Below, one piece after another: positions 17,477 to 24,888 of a stretch of DNA of 36,331 nt (position 1 is the first letter of the stretch; each line of letters opens with the position of its first letter). The notes beneath the pieces were generated by a model. That model saw nothing but the letters and a program-made list of their open reading frames with translations. It did no database searches and was not told the origin of the DNA. The position numbers were made by a program, and so were the translations under genes. Source of the DNA: a virus (lineage: Duplodnaviria > Caudoviricetes); IMG/VR virus record IMGVR_UViG_3300025391_000326, positions 1 to 36,331 of that record, one strand, 5' to 3'.

Positions 17477-18109
17477 GTGACCAGCATCAACACCGAGTTC
17501 AGCGAAGCCACCGAGAAGCAAGTGGCGTTCATCAACAGCCTCGTCTCCAAGCGAGTTGTCCCAGCAGACGTTCTCGCCCGCTTGGATGACATCGAAGACG
17601 GCATCCTTTCCAAGGCCGGAGCCTCACAACTCATTGACGTGCTGAAGGGTCTTCCCTACCGTCAGGGTGGCGCAGCAGCCCCTCGCCCAGCCGTGCAGAC
17701 GGTGGCTCCACAGCCGGTTCAGCAAGTCGCTGAGGGTCTGTACACGGTTCACGACGCTGAGGGACACGTCACTTTCCGGGTGCGCTCAGAGGCGTGGGCA
17801 GACGGCAAGGTGGTCATCTCCTACCTCACGGCAGTGGATGGTCGGCAGAAGTACAAGGGCTTCGGCTTCGTGACCCCTCAGGGCATCAAGGTCTGGGGTT
17901 CAGCACAGGACAAGCACCGCATCATCGCAGCAGCCCAGTTCCTCGTGACTGGCAGCACCGACGAGGCTCGGCAGAACTTCCTGAACCTCGCTGAGGCTCA
18001 CGCTCTCTCGTCGGGCAACTGCCTCGCTTGCCTCCGCACCCTCACGGTGCCAGCGAGCATCCACCGTGGCCTCGGCCCAGACTGCGCTGCACGGCTCGGT
18101 CTGGTCTAG
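17477..18109 (+). CDS. Protein with C-terminal DUF6011-like zinc finger
   Basis: N-terminal ATEKQVAFINSL; C-terminal CLACLRTLTVPASIHRGLGPDC. Confidence 0.75.
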   Translation: MTSINTEFSEATEKQVAFINSLVSKRVVPADVLARLDDIEDGILSKAGASQLIDVLKGLPYRQGGAAAPRPAVQTVAPQPVQQVAEGLYTVHDAEGHVTFRVRSEAWADGKVVISYLTAVDGRQKYKGFGFVTPQGIKVWGSAQDKHRIIAAAQFLVTGSTDEARQNFLNLAEAHALSSGNCLACLRTLTVPASIHRGLGPDCAARLGLV

Positions 18110-18126
18110 GCATCACCACCAGCCGG

Positions 18127-18157
18127 GAACCCCTGTCGAAGTTGGCAGGGGTTCTTT
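18127..18157 (+). terminator. Intrinsic terminator
   Basis: GAACCCCTGTC...GGCAGGGGTTC followed by TTT. Confidence 0.75.
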
Positions 18158-18168
18158 GGCTTTGGGTC

Positions 18169-18197
18169 TTGACGATGCCACAGCCTTAATGTAGGAT
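18169..18197 (+). promoter_or_regulatory. Sigma70-type promoter, leaderless transcript
   Basis: TTGACG-17 nt-TAGGAT-TAGGGT, then ATG at 18204. Confidence 0.75.
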
Positions 18198-18203
18198 TAG
18201 GGT

Positions 18204-18386
18204 ATGGCAAAGCAAAAGAAGACCACACAGAGCGACGTGAACCTCATCCGTTCAGCACGGCGCAATGCCCACTTCGCCAACGGTGGGAGCCTCACCGAGT
18301 GGCGTGGGGGGAACGCAGTCACCATCCCCAACAAGAAGCGAGAGGCAAGCCGGAAGGCCTGCCGACAGAACAGGAGCGAGCAATGA
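18204..18386 (+). CDS. Small basic protein
   Basis: 60 aa, K/R-rich, leaderless start. Confidence 0.7.
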   Translation: MAKQKKTTQSDVNLIRSARRNAHFANGGSLTEWRGGNAVTIPNKKREASRKACRQNRSEQ

Positions 18387-18613
18387 CCGATTCTTTCTAC
18401 ACCGGCAAGTGGCAGTCCATCGCCACCGTGAAGCCCAACAACCGCTACGGCTACCAAGTGGTCGCACCCAACGGCACCACCTACAAGCGCGGTGGGGACT
18501 TCAGCACGTTTGACGCAGCCATCAAAGCAGGCTGGGGAATCGTGGAGAAGTTTATGGCCAACTCCAAAATCAAGCACCGTGACTGGTGGCTCGCCCCACG
18601 AGTGGGCGACTGA
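18383..18613 (+). CDS. Hypothetical protein
   Basis: RBS AGGAG; ATGA overlap. Confidence 0.7.
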   Translation: MTDSFYTGKWQSIATVKPNNRYGYQVVAPNGTTYKRGGDFSTFDAAIKAGWGIVEKFMANSKIKHRDWWLAPRVGD

Positions 18614-18681
18614 CCCAACTTGCATCACCACCGGTCAGAGACTAAAGTGGCCTACACCGATACCGATACCGAGGTGCCTCA

Positions 18682-19035
18682 ATGTTGACCCAAGCGCAGA
18701 TTGCCGTAGCCATCGAAGCAGAGGTTGAACGGATGGAAAGTCTTGTTGACGAAATCCGTGCAGCAGCCGTAACAACAGCAAAAGCCGAGGCCGACTTCAA
18801 GGTGCGCTTCTCGCGGGAACGCCTGCTCGCTCGCCACGATGCGTTCAGCAGAGGGGAGAAGTCCACCGTGGATGCCGTGGATGACATCGCCACGGTCAAC
18901 ACTGAAGACGAGCGATACGCCCACCTGCTTGCAGCCAACAACCTGTCAACCCTTAGAGAGGCCCTGCGCGCTGCACAGGCCCACATTGACGCACTGCGAA
19001 CCCTTGCAGCCTCACACCGAATCACCGTCCCCTAG
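18682..19035 (+). CDS. Coiled-coil hypothetical protein
   Basis: RBS GAGGT; Ala-rich, 117 aa. Confidence 0.7.
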   Translation: MLTQAQIAVAIEAEVERMESLVDEIRAAAVTTAKAEADFKVRFSRERLLARHDAFSRGEKSTVDAVDDIATVNTEDERYAHLLAANNLSTLREALRAAQAHIDALRTLAASHRITVP

Positions 19036-19171
19036 CCTGCTTCGCCAACTGGCGAGCATCTGCCCCCGGTGTTCCATCCACCATCGCAATCCTGAGTTAA
19101 TCGAATCCTGCGCTCAGGTCAACGAGCCGTGCTGGAACCGATGCCCCATCTGCAACGAGAGGAACTAACCA

Positions 19172-19723
19172 ATGGAAGAAGCAACTGTCATAACGTGCGC
19201 CTTTTGCGAATCCGAAATCAACCCCGATGAGGATTGGTACGGAATAGGCCGAGACGAGAACACCTACTGCGAGCAGTGCCACAGCGCAGACATTAACGAA
19301 GGCTCCACGCTGCTGCTGTTCACCCCCGGTGAGGAAGAACCAACCAAGGTCTTGGTCGGTTCGTGGTTCATCGTGGATGGCGAGAACTACGAGGAATGGA
19401 CAACCCCCAAAATCACCTCGTACTGGAAGGCAACCAACGCCCATCGTGGCCACACGGAAACCTCAGTTGAGGGCTACACCGAAATCTTGTCCGGCTGGAC
19501 TACCGGGATGCCCGACGAAACCGTGAGGCGTAAGGCCCTGTTCAACGACTGGGTGCAGGAGACGCTTCAGCACACGCCTGTCCCTGTGGCCTTGGCCTGC
19601 GAAACCACGAGCAACGTCTTTTCTACCGGTATCGGAATCTCGGTTCCTACCGAGCAAGTGGATGAGTTCAAGGCGTGGCTGGGCGAAGACCGGTTCAAGG
19701 AATTGCACGACTGGCTGGGATGA
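19172..19723 (+). CDS. Hypothetical protein with N-terminal CxxC...CxxC
   Basis: CAFC...CEQC; RBS GAGG. Confidence 0.75.
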   Translation: MEEATVITCAFCESEINPDEDWYGIGRDENTYCEQCHSADINEGSTLLLFTPGEEEPTKVLVGSWFIVDGENYEEWTTPKITSYWKATNAHRGHTETSVEGYTEILSGWTTGMPDETVRRKALFNDWVQETLQHTPVPVALACETTSNVFSTGIGISVPTEQVDEFKAWLGEDRFKELHDWLG

Positions 19724-19797
19724 AATCACCTTGATGAACCCCCCTTACTTTTGGAAGGTCGTGTAGCCTTAGGGAAACCAACACGTTTGGAAGCCCA

Positions 19798-20058
19798 ATG
19801 GAAAATCTCCCCATCGAATCCAGTGAAATCCGGTGCATCGCCCTAGAGGAAGGGCTGCGAGCAGGCATCTCGTTGGACAACCTGCGACTTGCGATGCTGA
19901 ACCAAGCCGTGGAGTGGCTGGTGGAAATGACCGGACTGCCCAAGATGGAAGTGCGCCAACAATTGGCAGCCAACCGGGGTGGACAAGTGGCCAAGAACCT
20001 TGCTACAATTAACGCAGTTCGTTCTTTACTGAAGGATGAGCGTCAACCCAAGCAATAA
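19798..20058 (+). CDS. Hypothetical protein
   Basis: 86-aa ORF upstream of ssb. Confidence 0.55.
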   Translation: MENLPIESSEIRCIALEEGLRAGISLDNLRLAMLNQAVEWLVEMTGLPKMEVRQQLAANRGGQVAKNLATINAVRSLLKDERQPKQ

Positions 20059-20081
20059 CAACCAAGATAGGAGAGGGTTCT

Positions 20082-20546
20082 ATGCCCGCAAACATCACAC
20101 TCATCGGCAACCTCACCCGTGACCCGGAATTAAAGGTCAGTCAGGGTGGGGTTTCTTACTTGCCGTTCTCCCTCGCGGTGAACAAGAACAAGAAGAACGC
20201 CAACGGAGAATGGGAAACCGAGGCTTCCTACTTCGACTGCACCGCGTTCAAGGAACTTGCTGAAAACATTGCAGGCTCCGTGACCAAGGGAACCCGGCTC
20301 GTCGTGACTGGCCGAGTTGAGCAGGAGAACTGGGAAGACAAGGAGACTGGAGCCAAGCGTTCCAAGTTGGTGGTCATCGTTGATGAAGTCGCCGCTTCCC
20401 TGAAGTACGCCAGCGCAGTTGTGACCAAGAACGAGCGCACCACCGATGGTGGAAACTCTGGCTACAACTCTGGCAGCAACACCACACGCACGTCGTTTGG
20501 CTCTAACCGAGCCGACAACCAGCGTTTTGAGGACGAGCCGTTCTAG
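20082..20546 (+). CDS. ssb: Single-stranded DNA-binding protein
   Basis: ITLIGNLTRDPEL, LAENIAGSVTKGTRLVVTGR and acidic C-terminus EDEPF. Confidence 0.95.
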   Translation: MPANITLIGNLTRDPELKVSQGGVSYLPFSLAVNKNKKNANGEWETEASYFDCTAFKELAENIAGSVTKGTRLVVTGRVEQENWEDKETGAKRSKLVVIVDEVAASLKYASAVVTKNERTTDGGNSGYNSGSNTTRTSFGSNRADNQRFEDEPF

Positions 20547-20587
20547 TCCTTTGACCATTCGGGAGTGACCGTAAGGCACTTACCAGC

Positions 20588-20620
20588 AAAGCCACCCTTT
20601 CTTCGGACTGGGTGGTTTTT
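20588..20620 (+). terminator. Intrinsic terminator after ssb
   Basis: AAAGCCACCC...GGGTGGTTTTT. Confidence 0.75.
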
Positions 20621-20663
20621 GCACGTCCGGGCAACTCCCTAGCACAACATTTCTAAATGTTGT

Positions 20664-20873
20664 ATGTTTTGGAATGTGGATTTGCCTGAGCCAAACGACG
20701 ATGACTTCGATAAGGACATCACGAACCCGTTCGCTGGCGATGAACCATCACCACTAACCCTCGCCTTTGTAGAGATGCAAGAAGCGTTCCAATCCTTGAT
20801 GGATGCAGGGTTTACTGAAAACCAAGCCCTGAAGTTCTTGGCTTTCTGCTCAATCTACGAAGGGGACTTTTAG
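20664..20873 (+). CDS. Small acidic protein
   Basis: 69 aa, containing FQSLMDAGFTENQAL. Confidence 0.65.
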   Translation: MFWNVDLPEPNDDDFDKDITNPFAGDEPSPLTLAFVEMQEAFQSLMDAGFTENQALKFLAFCSIYEGDF

Positions 20874-21257
20874 TTGGACGTGGACAGGAACTTGAAGGCC
20901 CAGTACGAGGACATTGACCTCATCTACTTGGACTTCGACCTTTACAGCGCAGTAAAGAGGCCAGATTGGACTGACGAAGCAGCCTGTCGCAGCGTTCCAA
21001 AGGCCGACCATATTGACCTGTTCTTCCCTGAGCGACACGAAACTCCGGGCGGGAAACACCTCATCCCGGCTCGGAAGTTCTGTCTTGCCTGCCCAGTGCG
21101 CTACAAATGTTTGGAAGTCGGAATTGACGAGCAGTTCGGTATCTGGGGCGGCCATTCACTGAGCCAACGCAGACGCATCGTGGCAGCAGTGAAATCCGGT
21201 AGTAGCCTTATAGAGGCTAGCCAAGCCATTGACGCACGGAGCAGGGATGCCAGATAA
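20874..21257 (+). CDS. whiB: WhiB-family transcription factor, second copy
   Basis: WTDEAACR...LFFP, CLACPVRYKCL and GIWGG. Confidence 0.9.
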   Translation: MDVDRNLKAQYEDIDLIYLDFDLYSAVKRPDWTDEAACRSVPKADHIDLFFPERHETPGGKHLIPARKFCLACPVRYKCLEVGIDEQFGIWGGHSLSQRRRIVAAVKSGSSLIEASQAIDARSRDAR

Positions 21258-22887
21258 TCCAAATCCAAACGACCCGCTTCCACAGGTAGATAACTTTAGC
21301 GAACTCGGTGCCACTGGTCTGTGGCGCACGGGTGGATTCGTCATTGACGATATCCTGCCTCAACTCCGAGGCCGACAGTCTCTCACTGCCTACCGGGATA
21401 TGGCTGAAAACGACCCGATTATCGGGGCGATTCTCTTTGCCGTTGAGCGCGTCATTCTTCAGGTGGACTGGCGTGTAGACCCCTACAGCGACCCGACTGG
21501 CGAAACACCACTTGATACCGACAATGCTGCTGCCATCTTCGTACAGGAATGTATGGACGATATGTCCCATTCGTGGCACGAGTTGATGATTGCCATTGTG
21601 TCGTTTTTGACCTACGGCTGGTCGTACTTTGAAATCGTCTACAAGCAGCGCAAGGGGCCAGACCAGAAAGACCCCAGCCTGCGCTCCAAGTACAGCGACA
21701 ACAAGGTTGGCTGGCGCAAGATTGCAATGCGAGCGCAAGACAGCCTTTGGCAGTGGCAGTTCGATGAATCCGGTGGTGTAAAAGCGATGATTCAACGTGA
21801 CCCCACCACGGGTCGCCTGAACGTCATCCCCATTGAGAAGGCCCTACTGTTCCGTACGACTTCAGCACGAGGCAACCCGGAAGGTCGCTCCATCCTGCGA
21901 AACTCGTTCAAGTCGTGGTACTACAAGCGTCGTATTGAAGAATTTGAAGCCGTTGGGGTGGAACGTGACCTCGCCGGGCTTCCGGTTGGCTACGTCCCAG
22001 CCGAATGGATGAGTGCGACTGCTACGCCTGCTGAAAGGGCTTCGCTCAACGCTATGGAGCGCATTGTCCGTGGTGTAAAGCGCAACGAAACTGAGGGCGT
22101 CATCCTCCCGATGATGTTCGATGAGAACGGCAAGCAACTCGTGGACTTCAAGTTGCTGAACTCCGGTGGCGCACGTCAGTTCAACACTGACCAAATCATT
22201 ACCCGATACAACCAGCAAATTGCGATGACCTGTCTGGCCGACTTCATTATGCTCGGCCACGAGAGCGTCGGTTCGTTCGCTCTGGGTGCTTCCAAAGTTG
22301 ACCTGTTTATGGCTGCGGTGGAATCGTGGATTCGACTGATTGCCGAGGTCTTCAACAGCCACGCCATCCCACGCCTTATGGCCCTGAACGGCTTCGACAC
22401 GGCTCGCTGCCCCAACTTGACCTACGGTCAAGTGAACGCCATTGACCTGAACGAACTCGGTGGCTTCCTCGCCAACCTGTCAACAGCACAATTGCTCACC
22501 CCGGACAACAATTTGGAAGACTACCTGCGTGAGTTGGCCGGACTTCCGTTGTTCCAGCCTGAGCCGAACGGTCTTGCCGACAACGTTCGTTATGGTGGAA
22601 ACCAAATCGCCCCCGACCCGGCGATGCAGGATGCCAAGGGCAAGTTCGTTGCAACCAACACGGGCAGCCGTTCCTCATCACCACAATCCAATACCGTCTC
22701 ATCTGGCGTGAAGAATCCCCAAGGCGGTCTGAACGACCAGTCGGGTGGTAGTGGAATCCAAGCCGACATCTCCAGTCAGGGCTATCCCGGCGAAACTGGG
22801 CAGGTTCCACCATCAGGTAAGGGTGGCAACAAGAAACCAACTGGCGTAAACGGGCCTCTTACCAACAACCAAGGGCCGACTTCGTGA
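21247..22887 (+). CDS. Portal protein (DUF935-like)
   Basis: YRDMAENDP, FLTYGWSYFEIVYK, GNPEGRSILR, VERDLAGLP and GSFALG motifs; upstream of the protease; low-complexity C-terminal tail. Confidence 0.88.
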   Translation: MPDNPNPNDPLPQVDNFSELGATGLWRTGGFVIDDILPQLRGRQSLTAYRDMAENDPIIGAILFAVERVILQVDWRVDPYSDPTGETPLDTDNAAAIFVQECMDDMSHSWHELMIAIVSFLTYGWSYFEIVYKQRKGPDQKDPSLRSKYSDNKVGWRKIAMRAQDSLWQWQFDESGGVKAMIQRDPTTGRLNVIPIEKALLFRTTSARGNPEGRSILRNSFKSWYYKRRIEEFEAVGVERDLAGLPVGYVPAEWMSATATPAERASLNAMERIVRGVKRNETEGVILPMMFDENGKQLVDFKLLNSGGARQFNTDQIITRYNQQIAMTCLADFIMLGHESVGSFALGASKVDLFMAAVESWIRLIAEVFNSHAIPRLMALNGFDTARCPNLTYGQVNAIDLNELGGFLANLSTAQLLTPDNNLEDYLRELAGLPLFQPEPNGLADNVRYGGNQIAPDPAMQDAKGKFVATNTGSRSSSPQSNTVSSGVKNPQGGLNDQSGGSGIQADISSQGYPGETGQVPPSGKGGNKKPTGVNGPLTNNQGPTS

Positions 22888-22997
22888 CGATTCATATTCG
22901 CAAGGTGAAAGCGTCAAAGCCAAAGAAGAAGCCAGCAATCAGGGTTGGCTCGGCACGAGGCACCGTATCAGCACCGGTTCGCTCCCAAAAGCGATAG
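22884..22997 (+). CDS. 37-aa highly basic peptide, absent from the ORF track
   Basis: GTGA overlap with the portal stop; MTIHIRKVKASKPKKKPAIRVGSARGTVSAPVRSQKR*. Confidence 0.5.
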   Translation: MTIHIRKVKASKPKKKPAIRVGSARGTVSAPVRSQKR

Positions 22998-23054
22998 GCC
23001 ATTTCCTAAACATAGGATAGCATTTACCCCAAGCGCGCAAGGAGAAAAAGGCCC

Positions 23055-24881
23055 GTGGAACAAATGAACGTACTGGATGTGGTGGCAGACATTTCCCTCA
23101 GTGAAATCGTCGTGAACAAGTCGTTGCCTGCCGACGTTCGTGAGGGTGCTGCTGACCTTTTGACCGAGGGCCACGTCACTGCTGACTTGATGGCAATTGA
23201 AAAGAGTGGCGAAGTCGCACTGGTCATCGTTCCCAATGGTGAAACGGACAACAACCACATTTGGAAGCGTCTCTCCGAGCGCATCTTCGGCAAGGAAGAT
23301 ATGTCTCCGAACGCCGAAAAGCGTCTCATCAGCCGAAACATCGCTAAGGGCCTCGCCAACGTTCCCCACCCGTTCACCAAGAGCAAGAACGACTTCGACG
23401 GTGTGCAGCCCTGTCTCATCTGTGGCTCAGTGGTGGAAACTTCCATCTGCGAGCCGTTGGACAAGGCGATTGGGTTCCCGTTCACGTTCAACAGCAGCCC
23501 GGTTGACAACGCTCCCGACGATTCTTCTGATGATTCCACCACCGATGGAGCCGTGCAAGTGAACCTCGACCCCAACACCGTTGCAGCCATTCTTCAGGCA
23601 GTCCAAGGCGGACAAGACGATTCGTCTGACGATTCCACCTCTAGCGAGGACAGTGAGGATTCCTCGTCTAGTAGTTCTTCCTCATCAAGTTCGTCAAGTT
23701 CTAGTAGTTCTTCCTCATCGTCTAGTTCCAGCAGTTCCTCCAGCAGCGACGATGACAGTTCTTCTTCGTCATCTAGCAGTAGTTCGTCCAGCAGCAGCAG
23801 TTCGTCAAGTGACGATATGTCTGCACCGATGGTTGCCGTGGTGACCCCGGATGTCGCTGCTCCTGAAGACAACTCCAGTGAAATATCGCCCCTTGGCGAT
23901 GACTGGCGTGATGGTCTTGACCCGTGGCAGGTGGAATTGGCCGACAGTCTTGACGAACTCGTTGAGCAGATGGGTCGCATCCCGACCACCGACGCTGCCT
24001 ACACTGACGCTTCCCCGTACATCGGTAGCGGAAACACCTGCGCCAACTGCGTCGCTTGTGGCGACAACAACTCGTGCGACTGGGTGGCTGTGACCTGCAA
24101 CCCCAGTGGCTGGTGCAAGTTCAACATTGTTCCTGTGCTGATTCAGGCTTCGGCTGAGGCAGACACCTACTACAAGTCCCGTCGCAAGAAGGATGAGGAT
24201 GACCCCTTTGAGGATGAGGAACGCTACGAGAACGACGAAGATTCCAGCGACGATGACGATTCGGATGATTCGGATGTTGAGAAGGACTACGGCCCCGGTG
24301 TTGGTGGCGTTCACGTTGATTCCCCAGACTGGTCTGGTGGAAAGAAGATGCGTACTCGCAAGCCGAAGAATATGACGGTTCTCGCTGAGGCTGCGCCTGA
24401 AGTGATGCAAGACGCAAACTTGATGCAGAAGTCCAGTGAAATCCCGAACCAAATCCAAAAGTCTGACGAAAAGCGATACACGCTCGGCCCTTGGTACGTT
24501 CCAAACCGCAGTGATGCCCACGGCGAGTGGACTGACCCCGAAGAACTCCAAAAGGCACTCTGGGGTTATGTGGAGAACGGCGACAGGGACATTCGACTTC
24601 AGCACAATGTGAACATTGTGGCTGGCAAGTGGGTTGAGGCCCTGACGTGGCCACACCCAATCGAAGTTCCAATGCTTCAAGCCGACACTGGGCAAATCAC
24701 CAAGACTGCGTTCCCTGCCGGAACTGTGTTCCTCGGCGTTCAGTGGGAGCCTTGGGCTTGGGAACTCGTCAAGAAGGGTGAAATCCGTGGATACTCCATC
24801 GGCGGCACCGGTTCAGGCGTGGAAGTTGACCTCCCCACCGACGAACAAACCTTGAAAAACTTCCCCACCCTCGGAAAGTAG
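23055..24881 (+). CDS. Prohead protease (XkdF-like, C-terminal) with long N-terminal extension
   Basis: C-terminal domain from about 24461: RYTLGPWYVPN..DAHGEW...H...GTVFLG...WELVKKGEIRGYSIGG. RBS AAGGAG. Extension has poly-Ser, acidic and Cys-cluster segments. Confidence 0.82.
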   Translation: MEQMNVLDVVADISLSEIVVNKSLPADVREGAADLLTEGHVTADLMAIEKSGEVALVIVPNGETDNNHIWKRLSERIFGKEDMSPNAEKRLISRNIAKGLANVPHPFTKSKNDFDGVQPCLICGSVVETSICEPLDKAIGFPFTFNSSPVDNAPDDSSDDSTTDGAVQVNLDPNTVAAILQAVQGGQDDSSDDSTSSEDSEDSSSSSSSSSSSSSSSSSSSSSSSSSSSSSDDDSSSSSSSSSSSSSSSSSSDDMSAPMVAVVTPDVAAPEDNSSEISPLGDDWRDGLDPWQVELADSLDELVEQMGRIPTTDAAYTDASPYIGSGNTCANCVACGDNNSCDWVAVTCNPSGWCKFNIVPVLIQASAEADTYYKSRRKKDEDDPFEDEERYENDEDSSDDDDSDDSDVEKDYGPGVGGVHVDSPDWSGGKKMRTRKPKNMTVLAEAAPEVMQDANLMQKSSEIPNQIQKSDEKRYTLGPWYVPNRSDAHGEWTDPEELQKALWGYVENGDRDIRLQHNVNIVAGKWVEALTWPHPIEVPMLQADTGQITKTAFPAGTVFLGVQWEPWAWELVKKGEIRGYSIGGTGSGVEVDLPTDEQTLKNFPTLGK

Positions 24882-24888
24882 GAACGAA

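Noticed and set aside
19036-19168. Cys-rich short frame (ICPRCSIHH...CWNRCPICNERN) between two genes
   Set aside because: It could be a real microprotein, but I found no ATG/GTG/TTG start with an RBS in the gap, so it is not called.
23805-24695. Long antisense ORFs such as 23805-24695, 30126-30878, 32224-33048 and 33910-34746
   Set aside because: They shadow well-supported plus-strand genes, as expected in GC-rich DNA, and show no motifs.
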